The notes: generated by a model from the letters alone, not told the origin. Shown: positions 48,240-58,886, numbered from the stretch's first letter. The stretch: DNA of 64,000 bases from Hyalangium minutum (GCF_000737315.1 NZ_JMCB01000015.1:124001-188000), one strand, 5' to 3'. Program-made: numbers and translations.

Positions 48240-51179
48240 ATGCGCAAGCTCATCATCGCGGCAGCGATTCTGGTGGTCGGGGGATTGGCGCTCTTCGTTC
48301 TCCTGGACTCGGAGACCTCTGGGGATACCCCTGTGGCCTCGCCTGCGGGCTCCGAGCAGCCCTCGTCACAGCCCGCAGCCACGGCGAAGCGGGCGGGCAC
48401 GGTGCTGCAGCCGGAGACCCCGGAGGATGTGGGCGCGAAAGGCACCGCCAGCGCGGGCAGCACGCCGTCTCTGGCCCAGGCGCCCTCGGAAGAGGATGGA
48501 GTGCTGGAGGTCGAGGTGCTCGCGGGCGATCGGCCCGTGCCCGGCGCCAGCGCACGGCTGTATTGGCGAGGCGCTCGTGATCCCAGGCTCGGGGAGGTGT
48601 CCTGGCGATTGGCCAGCTCTGGCAGCACGGACGCCCAAGGGCGCGTGAAGCTCGCGTCGAGGCCCGGTGGATACATGCTCGCAGTGCGCGCTCAAGGTTC
48701 CGCGCTGCTGCTCCGCGACGTGGTGCGCCCCTATGGCGAAGCGCTCACGCATCTTCGCGTCACGCTGGAGGTACCGCAGACCCTCACCGGCCGCACGGTG
48801 GAGCAGGGCACCCAGGAGCCGCTGCCCCTCGTGGAGCTTGTCCTCACGGCTCAAGGGCCCTCGCTCGCGCCCTGGCAGCGCGCCGAGGCTCCCGCCGAGG
48901 AGCGTGTGTACGCGTCGAGCGATGAGCGCGGCCAGTTCCGTGTCGACGGGCTGGCTCCAGGCACTTACCAACTTGAGGCGCGAGCCCCAGGCCACGCTCG
49001 GACGGTGCAGCGCAACGTGCGAGTCCCTGCCTCGGGGCCGCTCACGGTGGCCCTCCAGGCCGCTGGCGTCATCGAGGGCTTCGTCGTCGACTCCCAGGGC
49101 CAGCCCGCCGCGGACGCCGAGGTGCAGGTGGGCGGACGCTCGCCCCAGGCCGTCACTACGGGGCAAGGCGGTGGTTTCTCTCTCGAGGTGGAGCCTGGGG
49201 CCCACCTCCTCTCCGCGCGGCGGGGAGAGGAGGCCGGCTCGCTGGAGAAGCCCCTCACCGTGAAGGCGGGGCAGACGGTGAGGGATGTGCGGCTGCGCCT
49301 CGGGAAGGGCTCGGTGCTGGAGGGGCGCGTGGTGGCCCGCGCCACGGGGGCTCCGATCGTGGGCGCCAACCTCTCGGTCAGCCCCACGGGCGGCGCGGGA
49401 GACTCGGGGCAGGCGGTGACGGACAGCACGGGCCACTTCTCCGTCGGAGGGCTGGCCCCCGGCAGCTATGATCTCGGAGTCAGCGCTCCAGGCTTCTCTT
49501 CGCTCTCTCGCCGGGGGCTGACGGTGACCACGGGCGAGCGCTTCCCGCTGGAGCTCTCGCTCACGGGCACGGGTGTGGTGGAGGGGCGCGTGAAGGACAG
49601 CGCCGGACAGCCGGTGGTCGGCGCGCGGGTGGAGGGAGGATCGCGCTGGGGCGGCTCGCTGGGCAACACGATGGCCGAGTCCCGCACTGATGCCGAGGGA
49701 CGCTACCGGCTGGAGGGGCTCGCCGCGGAGACCGTCGATATCACGGCCCGGAGGGAGGGCGAGGCGCTGGGAACCAGCCAGCAGGTGGAGGTGCGTGAGG
49801 GCGGCACGTCGCAGCTGGACTTCACGCTGCAGGACACCGGCACCGTGGAAGGGGTGGTGCGGGCTGCTCGCGGTGCGCTTCCCTCCGAGCCGATGGTCGT
49901 CATGGCGTCCCGGCGAGGGGGCATGTTCTTCAGCATCAACGGTTCCGGGATCGGCCGGGCGGAGGTGGATGCGGCGGGCAGCTTCCGGATGACGCTCCCG
50001 CCGGGCCGGTACAACCTGCAGCCGCAGCTCACGGCGCGCCGGAGCTTCATGAGCACCGGTGGGTCCCAGGTGCAGGTGGAGGCGGGGAAAACTGTCCGGG
50101 CCGAGCTGACCTGGCAGGACAATGAGGCCTCGGGGGAAGGAGTGCGGGGCGTGGTTCTCGAGCCCGAGGGTGCTCCCTCACCGGGCGCCTTCGTCACGGT
50201 GGCTTTGGAAGGAGGCATGCCGGGCATGCGCATGATGGCTCCCACGGACGATGAGGGGCGCTTCTTCGTCAGCATGCCTTCGATGGGGACCGCCGGTGCT
50301 TCACATCGCTTCCATGTGAGCGCGCGCAACGGGGGACGCGCAGGCGAGGCGCTCGGGGTGAAGCTGGGCGAGCAGGAGGTGGTGGTGAAGCTGCGGCCCG
50401 GAGGCGCGGTGCGAGGCCAGGTGGTGCGCTCCAGCGGCGCGGCCGTGCAAGGCTTCACCCTGACGGTCCAGCCCCAGGGTTCGGAGCGCATGGGGTGGGG
50501 CACTCGCACCTGGGAGTTCCCGGGCGATCGCTTCGAGCTGAGGGATGTGCCCGCCGAGTCCCTCAAGCTGGTGGCTCGGACGGCGGACGGCGCGGGCGGA
50601 GAAGCCTTGTCGTCCCCCTCCACGGGGGCTGTGTCCGAGGTGGAGATCACCCTGCGGCCCACGGGCACGATTCGAGGCCGCGTGGTGTTGGAGGCCACGA
50701 AGGAGCCCGTCGGTGGGGCGCTGATCTTCCTTGAAGGAGAGCGTCGGCCCGGAGCGGATGTGCCCACGTCGAGCGATGGCCGCTTCACCCTGGAGGGCGT
50801 GTCCGCGGGCGAGCACGAGCTGCTCATCGTTCCGGGCGGCATGCGGACGCCCGAGCGCAAGAAGGTGACGTTGAGCGAGGGTCAGGTGCTGGACCTGGGG
50901 GACGTCGTGCTGAGCCCTCCTCGGACGCCTCCTGGCTCCGTGGGGTTGATTGTGGAGCCACAGGGCAGCCAGGTCGCCATCTCCGAGCTGATGCCCGGGA
51001 GCCCCGCGGGGAGCGCGGGGCTGCAGGTGGGGGACGTGCTGGTGGAGGTGGATGGCTCGCCCATCACAGCGCCTCAAGAGGCCTTCATGAGGCTCCGGGG
51101 AGCGCCGGGATCGCCTGTGGTCATCAAGGTGCGGCGCGCGGGTGCGGAGAAGTCTTTCACCGTCACCCGCGCGCCCTGA
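48240..51179 (+). CDS. Membrane-anchored carboxypeptidase-regulatory-like repeat protein with C-terminal PDZ domain
   Basis: N-terminal TM, repeated GxVxDxxGxPV...GxY beta-sandwich units, and PDZ PGSPAGSAGLQVGDVLVEVDG. Confidence 0.85.
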   Translation: MRKLIIAAAILVVGGLALFVLLDSETSGDTPVASPAGSEQPSSQPAATAKRAGTVLQPETPEDVGAKGTASAGSTPSLAQAPSEEDGVLEVEVLAGDRPVPGASARLYWRGARDPRLGEVSWRLASSGSTDAQGRVKLASRPGGYMLAVRAQGSALLLRDVVRPYGEALTHLRVTLEVPQTLTGRTVEQGTQEPLPLVELVLTAQGPSLAPWQRAEAPAEERVYASSDERGQFRVDGLAPGTYQLEARAPGHARTVQRNVRVPASGPLTVALQAAGVIEGFVVDSQGQPAADAEVQVGGRSPQAVTTGQGGGFSLEVEPGAHLLSARRGEEAGSLEKPLTVKAGQTVRDVRLRLGKGSVLEGRVVARATGAPIVGANLSVSPTGGAGDSGQAVTDSTGHFSVGGLAPGSYDLGVSAPGFSSLSRRGLTVTTGERFPLELSLTGTGVVEGRVKDSAGQPVVGARVEGGSRWGGSLGNTMAESRTDAEGRYRLEGLAAETVDITARREGEALGTSQQVEVREGGTSQLDFTLQDTGTVEGVVRAARGALPSEPMVVMASRRGGMFFSINGSGIGRAEVDAAGSFRMTLPPGRYNLQPQLTARRSFMSTGGSQVQVEAGKTVRAELTWQDNEASGEGVRGVVLEPEGAPSPGAFVTVALEGGMPGMRMMAPTDDEGRFFVSMPSMGTAGASHRFHVSARNGGRAGEALGVKLGEQEVVVKLRPGGAVRGQVVRSSGAAVQGFTLTVQPQGSERMGWGTRTWEFPGDRFELRDVPAESLKLVARTADGAGGEALSSPSTGAVSEVEITLRPTGTIRGRVVLEATKEPVGGALIFLEGERRPGADVPTSSDGRFTLEGVSAGEHELLIVPGGMRTPERKKVTLSEGQVLDLGDVVLSPPRTPPGSVGLIVEPQGSQVAISELMPGSPAGSAGLQVGDVLVEVDGSPITAPQEAFMRLRGAPGSPVVIKVRRAGAEKSFTVTRAP

Positions 51180-51182
51180 GCG

Positions 51183-54100
51183 TCAGTTCACCTTCACGGA
51201 GATGGGCGCGGACGTGGTGATGTTGCCCGCCACGTCATAGGCCTTGGCCGTCAGCGTGTGCGTGCCCTTCGGCACGGTGAGCAGGCCCCAGCTCATGCTG
51301 TAGGGGGCCGTGGTGTCCGTGCCGATGACCGTGGCGCCGTCGTAGAACACCACCTGCGTCACTCCCGAGCTGTCCGAGGCGCTGGCCTGGATGGTGGTGC
51401 TCAAGAACAGGGACGCTCCACTGGCCGGAGAGGTGATCGCCACCGCGGGCGCGAGGTTGTCCACCGAGAGCATACGGCCCGTGGACGTGGTGGCGTTGCC
51501 CGCCGTGTCATAGGCCCGCGTGGTGAGCGTGACGGAGCCGTTGGCCGCGGTGGTCGTGTCCCAGTTGATGGAGTAGGGCGCCGTGGAGTCGCTGCCGACC
51601 AGCGTCGATCCCGCGTAGAACTCGACCCGGTCCACGCTCACGTTGTCGCTCGCTGTGGCGCTGAGCTGCACCGTGCCTCGGACATAGGCGTTCTGCGCCG
51701 GAGCACTGACGGCCGTCGCCGGCGCCGTGTTGTCGAGCGTCACCCCCACCCCGGCGGAGGTTCGGCCGTTGCTCATGCTGTCGAAGGCCTTCACCGTGAG
51801 CGTGTAGGTTCCATCCGCCACACCCACCGTGTTCCAGGTCAGCGCGTGGGGCGGGCTGTAGGACGTGCCGATCAGCGTCGCGCCCGCGTAGAACTCGACC
51901 TTTGAGACGGAGTGGTTGTCACTGGCCGTGGCCTCGATCACCGCGGTGCCTCGGAGGAGCGCGCCCGCCGCAGGGGAGGTGAGCGCCGCGTCCGGCGGGG
52001 TCTTGTCGACGGTCACTGCGACCGCTGCAGAGTTCCCCGCGCGGCCTCCCGTGTCGTAGGCCTTCGCCGTGAGCGTGTGGGCCCCATCCGTCAGGCCCGA
52101 GGTGTTCCAGCTCACCTCATAGGGAGCGCTGGTGTCGGTGCCGATCAGCGTCCCGTCCGCGAAGAACTCGACCTTGGCCACCGCCAGGTCGTCATCGGCC
52201 GCTGCGGTCACGAGCGTCTGGCCTCCCACCACCGCGTTGTTGGCAGGTGAGGTGAGAGACACGGTCGGCGGCAAGAGATCCGTGGGCTGGCCCACCGCGA
52301 ACACCAGATCGTCATGGTCGTCATAGGCGCCGCCGCTGCACGCCGTGCCGGCGTTGCCACCCGAGCGGAACTGGGCGCGCACGGCCTGCAGGCTGCCCAC
52401 AGGCAGGATGTACTCCGCCGAGAGGGTCTGGACGGTGTAGCTCGTCCCCACCGGCCGGAGCGTGATCAGGTACGTCCACGAGGGCTGGTTCGCATTGCCC
52501 GTGTAGAACAGGTCCAGCGCGTCCGTGGCGTTGCTGTACGGCGTGACGTCGACGTCGATCCGCGCGCGCTTGCCTTCGGCCAGGTACTCCCCGTTGAGGC
52601 GGGTCACCTTGATGCGGAAGACCCGCTCCGTGTAGTGGGCCTCGGCCGTTCCGTCGGCGCACCCGTCGAGCGTATTGGGTGGGTTGCTCTCGGAGCTCGC
52701 CCGGCCCATCAAGAGGTTCACGCTGTCGCAGACGTCGTCCAGCGTGGCGCACTTCGGGGCGCGGAGGAGGGGATCATACGTGGCCGTGCCAGGCTGACTC
52801 ACGATGACCGTGATGGCGGTGCTCGTGGTCTGGTTGCCTGTGGCGTCGTAGGCGATGGCGCTCAGCGTGTAGTTCCCGTTCGGCCGCTGGGTGGTATCCC
52901 AGGGGACGCTGAAGGGCGGCGTCGTGTCGCTGGCGATCAGGTAGTAGTTCCAGATGAAGTCGACCCGGGTGACCGCCACGTTGTCCGTGGCATTCGCCTG
53001 GACGTTGACCACCCCTGACACAGTCGCGAACGGAGCCGGCGAGCTGATGGACACGGTGGGCGGCGTGGAGTCGTTGTTCACTGTCACGATGACCGCGGCC
53101 GAGGTGGTCGAGTTCCCCGCCGCGTCGAAGGCCTGGGCGGTCAGCGTGTGCTGGCCGTTGGAGAACCCCTGGCTGTTCAGGTTGAAGGCGAATGGCGCGG
53201 AGGAGTCCGTGCCCCAGTTGATGCCATCCACGAGGAACCGAACGGAGGACACGCCCCGGTCATCCGTCGCGTTCGCTTGGACGGTGAAGTACCCGAAGAT
53301 GACCGCGCCGCTCGTGGGGGAGGTGATGGAGACCGTCGGCGCGGAAGTATCATTGTCCACCGTCACGCTCACGTCGGCCGTGGAGGTGGCGTTGCCGCTG
53401 GTGTCCGTGGCCCGGGCTCGCAGCGTGTGGTTGCCGTTCGCCGCCGTTCGTGTGTTCCACGCGTAGCTGAAGGGCGCGGTGCTCGAGGTTCCCAGCAGGG
53501 TACCGTCGAGGAAGAACTCCACTTTCGCCACCGCGATGTTATCGGTGGCGTTCGGCGACAGCGTCACGCTGCCACCTAAGACCGCACCGGCCACGGGAGA
53601 GGTGAGGGTGATGGAAGGGGGCATGGTGTCGCGCTCGACCGTCACGGACACCTGGGCCGAGGTCGCGGTGTTGTTCATCGCGTCGGAGGCCCTGGCGGTC
53701 AGGACGTGCCCACCCACCGTCTCAGTCCCCGTGTCCCACGAATAGGTGAAGGGCGGGGTGAAGTCCGTGCCGAGGTAGCGGGAGTCGCTGTAGAAGTCGA
53801 CCTGGGTGACGCGCTTGTTGTCCGTGGCGCTCGCTGAGAGCATCACGGTGCCCCGCAGGGTCGCGCCACTCGCCGGAGCAGTGAGGGAGACCGTCGGTGG
53901 CGTGTAGTCGTTGTCCACCATCACCGTGATGGGCTGCGAGGTCCCCACCATCCCGCCCTCGTCGCGCGCGCGGGCCGTCAGCGTGTGGGGGCCGTTGGGA
54001 AGCCCCCAGGTGTTCCAGCTCACCAGGAACGGCTCCGTGGTGTCCGTCTTGATCAGCGTGTCCCCGTCGTAGAAGTCCACAGCGGTCACAAAGCCGTTGT

Positions 54101-57100
54101 CGCTCGTCGAGGCCTGCAGGTAGGGGGTCTGGCTCACCACCGCTCCATCGGAGGGAGAGGTGAGCGTCACCGTGGGCGGGACGGTGTCCACGAACACGGG
54201 GAAGACCAGATCGTCGTGATCGTTGTAAGTCCCCTGCGTGCACGGACTGATGCCTCCTCCCGGGTTGGCTCGGAAGTTCACGCGCACGGCCTGCAGGGTG
54301 CCCACCGGGAGGGTGTAGTTCGTTATGAAGGTGTACTCCCCATCCCAGGCTGGCCGGCGGGTGCCAACGTACGTCCACGAGGGTTGAGTCGCGTCCGCTG
54401 CGATGTACACGTCGATCGCGTCATAGGTGGCGGAGTTCTCGGCCCAGACGGTGACCTCGATGCGGACCGGCTGCCCGGCGGCGATGGGTCGGCCGTTGTC
54501 CCGAATGATGCGGATCCGCTCGATGGACTCGGAGTGGTGATAGCCCCAGGTGTTGGGGCTCTCGCTGCAACCGTCCAGCGTGTTGGGTGCGTTCAGCTCG
54601 GGGCCGGCTCCTCCTCGTCCCAAGAGCAGGTCCTGGCTGTCGCAGCGGTTCTCCAGGCTGTCGCACCGGGGCGCCTTCAACACCGGGTCATAGCGCGCGT
54701 TGCCTGCGTTGGTGACCTCCACTGCGATGGGCGCGCTCTCGGTCGACTGGTTCGCGCCATCGAAGGCCCGGGCCGTCAGCGCGTAGCTGCCATTGCTCAC
54801 GGTCGCCGTGTCCCAGCTCACCGAGTACGGCGCGGTGGTGTCCTCTCCGATGTAGCGGCCGTTCCGGAGGAAGACCACCCGGGTGACCCGCCGGTTGTCG
54901 CTCGCGGTGGCCTGGAGGGTCACGGTGCCGGTCAACGTGACGCCACTGGAGGGTGACGTGAGGGTGGCCTCGGGCGGGACAAGGTCGTTGTCCACCGTCA
55001 CGCTCACGGAGGCCTGCGTCGAGGCGTTACCGGCCGCGTCGTACGCGATTGCACTCAGCACGTAGGGGCCATTGGCCCACTCGCGGGTGCTCCAGCTCGC
55101 GGTGTAGGGGGGCGAATACGAGGTGCTCCAGAGGAGGTCTCCGTTCACGAAGAAGTCCACGTGCGTCACGCCTCGGTCATCGTTGGCGTTGACCTGGAGC
55201 GAGACCGTCTCTTCCACGATGGCGCCGCTCACGGGTGTCAGGAACGAGGCCACGGGCAGCGTGAGATCGTTGTCGGTGACGACGTTGACCGGAGCGGAGT
55301 AGGCGACGTTCCCAGCCGCGTCGTACGCTCGTGCGGTGAGGCTGTGCGTGCCGTTGGGTGCCTCGCGGCTCGCCCAGCTCAGGGAGAAGGGAGGGCGGGG
55401 GCTCGTCCCGATCAACGTCGAGCCATCGTAGAACTCCACGCGCTGCACACCGAAGTTGTCGCTCGCGGCCGCGGTGATGGTGACGGTACCACTGATCGCC
55501 GTGCCATCGGCCGGAGCGGTAATGGCGACGCTCGGCGGAGTGAGGTCCGGATCGAAGCGCACCGTCAGGAGCAGGTCGTCGTGGTCATTGAGGGGGCCTG
55601 GCACACACGCCGCCGATGAGCTGTTCACCGAGCGATAGACGCCTCGAAGGAGCTGCGGACTGCCCGCGGGCAGCAAATAGGTGGTTGAGAGTTCCTGGCG
55701 CCCGCTCCGGGTCGGAGACAGGGTGGCGACGAGGGTCCACTCCGGTGCGTGGGCGTCCGGTGCGGCATAGAGGTCCAACACCTCCTGGGAGAAGTTCTTG
55801 CTCGCCTGAACCGTGGCCCGGACCGTCACCTGCCTGCCCGCCGCGAGCAGCTCGGCAGGGAACGTATGGATCTGGAGCTTCTCGAGCGAAGGACTGGAGC
55901 CGTACGTGCCCTCCGTCCCATCCGCGCAGGTGCCGCCCACGGTGTTGGGCGCGTGGAGCTCGGGGCCCACGGGTCCGCGGCCCTCTAGCAGCCAGCCCGA
56001 GGTGCACCCGTTGGCCACGGTGGCGCAGCCCGGAACTCCGAAGGTGGGATCGAACGTCGCGATGCCGTCGTTGTGGACCGTCACCGCCGCGGCGTTGCTC
56101 ACGCCTGCGTTGCAGCTCGTGTCGTAGGCCCGGGCGGTGATCTGCCCCGAGCCGTTGCTGCCGCTGGAGCTCTCCCAGTCCAGCTCATAAGGAGGGGTGA
56201 CGTCCCGGCCGATCAAGTGGTGATCGAAGTAGAACTCCACCGCAGTGACCTCCTCGTCATCCGCCGCGGTCGCCGCCAGCCTTACGAAGCCAGACAGGTT
56301 CGCGCCCGAAGAGGGCTGGGTGAGGACGGCCTGCGGCGGCGTCGAGTTCGATCCCAGGCAGCCAGAGAAGAGGATCCGGTTCGGGGTGGAGGTGCTTGTC
56401 GCGAGCACCTTGCCGGGCGTGGCACGGGTGAGCAGCGCGGTGGAGACCTCCTCGGGGGTGGCCAGAGGGTGGCCCTCCAGATAGCGCGCGGCCACGCCCG
56501 CCACGTGGGGAGCGGCCATGGAGGTGCCGCTGAGCGTGGCGGTGGCGTCGTCGCTCTCGTTCGAGGCCGAGAGGACACTCACGCCGGGCGCGAAGAGGTC
56601 CACGCACGGGCCCTCGTTCGACGACGTCGCTTTGACGTCATAGATGTCCGTGGAGCCCACTGTGAGGGCCGCCGGAGTCCTCGCGGGAGACTTGGTGCAT
56701 GCGTTCCCAAAGTCATTGCCGGCAGCGGCGGTGTAGACGACCCCCGCGTTGATGGAGGCGGTGACCGCGTCGTCGACGGACTGCGTGGCGGCGCCACCCA
56801 GGCTCATGTTGGCCACCGCGGGCTTGAGGTGGTTGGCGGTCACCCAGTCGACGCCGGCAATCACCTGGGACGCGGTGCCTTCCCCAGCGCAGTTCAGGAC
56901 CCGCACCGCATGCAGCGTGACGCCCTTGGCCACGCCATAGGTCGTCCCGCCTATCGTGCCCGCCACGTGGGTTCCGTGGCCGTGGCAGTCGTTCGAGCCG
57001 AGGCCGTCAGTAATGGAGCTGAAGCCGTCCACCGCGCGCCCGCCGAACTCGGCGTGGGTGGTGCGGATGCCCGTGTCGATGACGTAGGCGTGAACCCCAG

Positions 57101-57566
57101 AGCCCGTGGCGCCGTAGTAGTAGGTGGCATCCAGCGGCAGGTCCTGCTGGTCGATGCGGTCGAGCCCCCAGACCGCCTGGGACTGCGTGCTGGAGAGGGT
57201 GACCTTGCAGTCCTCCTCCACGTACCGCACGTGCGGATCGTTGCTCAGCTTCAGCGCGGCTTCCTCGGACATCGTCGCGGCGAAGCCGTGGAGGGCGTGG
57301 GCGTAGACGCGGTCCACTGAGCCCCCGTGGAGCGCGGCGAGCTGCCGCGAGAGCTTCCCCGCCTGCGCGCCGGCCAGGGCCTTCTCGTCGAGCACGACGA
57401 TGTACTTCCCTGGCAGGGCCTTCTCGGTCTTCAGGAGCCGGCTTCCCGTGACGAAGGAGGCCGCCGTCTTCTTCGGAGCTTCCGCTTCAGCGGCGCGGTC
57501 TGCGGCTGGGCGCTCACAGGCAGCGAGCACAAGTCCTACGGCCAGCAGTGTCACCAGGGTGCGCAT
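51183..57566 (-). CDS. S8 subtilisin-like lipoprotein (I9 prodomain + S8 + 13 Big domains + 3 copies of an unknown Cys-containing domain)
   Basis: Lipobox VLAAC. Triad VIDTG / HGTHVAG / GTSMAAPHVAG, and repeated DxTPPTVxLTSP..VxFY..DxTxPY..W..G.HTLTAxAxD units. Confidence 0.92.
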   Translation of the reverse strand: MRTLVTLLAVGLVLAACERPAADRAAEAEAPKKTAASFVTGSRLLKTEKALPGKYIVVLDEKALAGAQAGKLSRQLAALHGGSVDRVYAHALHGFAATMSEEAALKLSNDPHVRYVEEDCKVTLSSTQSQAVWGLDRIDQQDLPLDATYYYGATGSGVHAYVIDTGIRTTHAEFGGRAVDGFSSITDGLGSNDCHGHGTHVAGTIGGTTYGVAKGVTLHAVRVLNCAGEGTASQVIAGVDWVTANHLKPAVANMSLGGAATQSVDDAVTASINAGVVYTAAAGNDFGNACTKSPARTPAALTVGSTDIYDVKATSSNEGPCVDLFAPGVSVLSASNESDDATATLSGTSMAAPHVAGVAARYLEGHPLATPEEVSTALLTRATPGKVLATSTSTPNRILFSGCLGSNSTPPQAVLTQPSSGANLSGFVRLAATAADDEEVTAVEFYFDHHLIGRDVTPPYELDWESSSGSNGSGQITARAYDTSCNAGVSNAAAVTVHNDGIATFDPTFGVPGCATVANGCTSGWLLEGRGPVGPELHAPNTVGGTCADGTEGTYGSSPSLEKLQIHTFPAELLAAGRQVTVRATVQASKNFSQEVLDLYAAPDAHAPEWTLVATLSPTRSGRQELSTTYLLPAGSPQLLRGVYRSVNSSSAACVPGPLNDHDDLLLTVRFDPDLTPPSVAITAPADGTAISGTVTITAAASDNFGVQRVEFYDGSTLIGTSPRPPFSLSWASREAPNGTHSLTARAYDAAGNVAYSAPVNVVTDNDLTLPVASFLTPVSGAIVEETVSLQVNANDDRGVTHVDFFVNGDLLWSTSYSPPYTASWSTREWANGPYVLSAIAYDAAGNASTQASVSVTVDNDLVPPEATLTSPSSGVTLTGTVTLQATASDNRRVTRVVFLRNGRYIGEDTTAPYSVSWDTATVSNGSYALTARAFDGANQSTESAPIAVEVTNAGNARYDPVLKAPRCDSLENRCDSQDLLLGRGGAGPELNAPNTLDGCSESPNTWGYHHSESIERIRIIRDNGRPIAAGQPVRIEVTVWAENSATYDAIDVYIAADATQPSWTYVGTRRPAWDGEYTFITNYTLPVGTLQAVRVNFRANPGGGISPCTQGTYNDHDDLVFPVFVDTVPPTVTLTSPSDGAVVSQTPYLQASTSDNGFVTAVDFYDGDTLIKTDTTEPFLVSWNTWGLPNGPHTLTARARDEGGMVGTSQPITVMVDNDYTPPTVSLTAPASGATLRGTVMLSASATDNKRVTQVDFYSDSRYLGTDFTPPFTYSWDTGTETVGGHVLTARASDAMNNTATSAQVSVTVERDTMPPSITLTSPVAGAVLGGSVTLSPNATDNIAVAKVEFFLDGTLLGTSSTAPFSYAWNTRTAANGNHTLRARATDTSGNATSTADVSVTVDNDTSAPTVSITSPTSGAVIFGYFTVQANATDDRGVSSVRFLVDGINWGTDSSAPFAFNLNSQGFSNGQHTLTAQAFDAAGNSTTSAAVIVTVNNDSTPPTVSISSPAPFATVSGVVNVQANATDNVAVTRVDFIWNYYLIASDTTPPFSVPWDTTQRPNGNYTLSAIAYDATGNQTTSTAITVIVSQPGTATYDPLLRAPKCATLDDVCDSVNLLMGRASSESNPPNTLDGCADGTAEAHYTERVFRIKVTRLNGEYLAEGKRARIDVDVTPYSNATDALDLFYTGNANQPSWTYLITLRPVGTSYTVQTLSAEYILPVGSLQAVRAQFRSGGNAGTACSGGAYDDHDDLVFAVGQPTDLLPPTVSLTSPANNAVVGGQTLVTAAADDDLAVAKVEFFADGTLIGTDTSAPYEVSWNTSGLTDGAHTLTAKAYDTGGRAGNSAAVAVTVDKTPPDAALTSPAAGALLRGTAVIEATASDNHSVSKVEFYAGATLIGTSYSPPHALTWNTVGVADGTYTLTVKAFDSMSNGRTSAGVGVTLDNTAPATAVSAPAQNAYVRGTVQLSATASDNVSVDRVEFYAGSTLVGSDSTAPYSINWDTTTAANGSVTLTTRAYDTAGNATTSTGRMLSVDNLAPAVAITSPASGASLFLSTTIQASASDSSGVTQVVFYDGATVIGTDTTAPYSMSWGLLTVPKGTHTLTAKAYDVAGNITTSAPISVKVN

Positions 57567-57785
57567 GGGTCTTCCCTCGGGGGACGGAACCTGTTTCCTG
57601 GTGAATTGAAGAAATCCCAGGAGACTGGATCTGGCCCGGGGCAAAAAGTGGCCTCCGCGCTCTCCATGGTGCTGGGTGGTGTGTGGGGGGGGACTCTCTG
57701 AGCCCACCCACCCCTGTGGGCCTCGGGCGGGCAAACCTGTCCGACAAGTGGACCGGTTCGCCCTGCGCCGGGCCGGAGCGGCGGC

Positions 57786-58886
57786 TCAGTCGAACTCGAG
57801 CGCGCGCTGGAAGTCCGCCGGGTTGGTGGCGGCGCTGCGGGCCGTCTCCAGATCGATGACGCCCTCGCGGTACAGCTGGCTGAGGTGCTGATCGAAGGAC
57901 TGCGTGCCGTAGGTGTCGCGGCCCTTCTCGATGACGTCCTTGAGCTCGTTGGCGCGGTCCTCGCGGATGTACTCCTGGACCGTCTTCGTCTGGACCATGA
58001 TCTCCAGCGCCACCGCGCGGCCCTTGTTGTCCGCCCGAGGCAACAGGCGCTGGGAGATGGTGGCCTTGAGGCTGTCAGCCAGGCGCATGCGCACCATGGC
58101 TTGCTCCTCGGCGTTGAACACCGACACGAGCCGGTTGATGGTGCGCGAGGCGTCCGTGGTGTGCACCGTGGAGAGCACCAGGTGGCCCGTCTCGGAGGCC
58201 TTGAGCGCGATGTCGATCGTCTCCGTGTCGCGCATCTCGCCCACGAGGATGACGTCCGGGTCCTGCCGCAGCGCCGCGCGCAGCGCCATGGCGAAGCTGT
58301 TGGTGTCCGGGCCGATCTCGCGCTGCGAGATGGAGGACTTGACGTTCTTGTAGACGAACTCGATCGGGTCCTCGATGGTGAGGATGTGCAGGCTCTCGCT
58401 GCGGTTGATGTGATCGATCATCGCCGCCAGCGTGGAGCTCTTGCCCGAGCCCGTGGCCCCCGTCACCAGCACCAGCCCGCGATCCTGGCTGGCGATGGAT
58501 TTGAGCACCTGCGGCAGTCCCAGCCCGTCGATGGTGGGCACGTTGGCGGGGATGATGCGGAGGATGACGGCGAGCGTGCCGCGCTGCCGGTAGATGTTGA
58601 CGCGGAAGCGGGCCACGCTGGGCAGGCCGTACGAGGCGTCATGCTCCCGGAGGGTGTCGATCTCGTTCTTCACCGCCGGATCATGGATGAGGTGGAGCGC
58701 CACCTCGCGGGTGTGTTCCGGCGCCAGCTTCTCGGTCTTCAGCGGACGGAGGACCCCGTTGACGCGGTAGATGGGCGGATCACCGGGGCGGAAGTGGATG
58801 TCCGAGGCGCCGTTCTGCACGCCCACGGTGAGAAGTTTGTCGAGTGTGGCCTTGTCCAGGGTCGTTCCCTCGCGAAGTGCGAGCAC
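57786..58886 (-). CDS. PilT/PilU-family ATPase paralogue
   Basis: GASDIHF, GATGSGKSST, EDPIEF, ALRQDPDVILVGEMRD, GHLVLSTVHT. TVQEYIRE replaces AIRNLIRE. The start is uncertain (GTG 58886 or CTG 58859). Confidence 0.9.
   Translation of the reverse strand: MLALREGTTLDKATLDKLLTVGVQNGASDIHFRPGDPPIYRVNGVLRPLKTEKLAPEHTREVALHLIHDPAVKNEIDTLREHDASYGLPSVARFRVNIYRQRGTLAVILRIIPANVPTIDGLGLPQVLKSIASQDRGLVLVTGATGSGKSSTLAAMIDHINRSESLHILTIEDPIEFVYKNVKSSISQREIGPDTNSFAMALRAALRQDPDVILVGEMRDTETIDIALKASETGHLVLSTVHTTDASRTINRLVSVFNAEEQAMVRMRLADSLKATISQRLLPRADNKGRAVALEIMVQTKTVQEYIREDRANELKDVIEKGRDTYGTQSFDQHLSQLYREGVIDLETARSAATNPADFQRALEFD

Noticed and set aside
51183-56350. Long nucleotide-level repeats resembling an array
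   Set aside because: They are degenerate in-frame Big-domain repeats, not CRISPR. There are no constant repeats with unique spacers and no cas genes.
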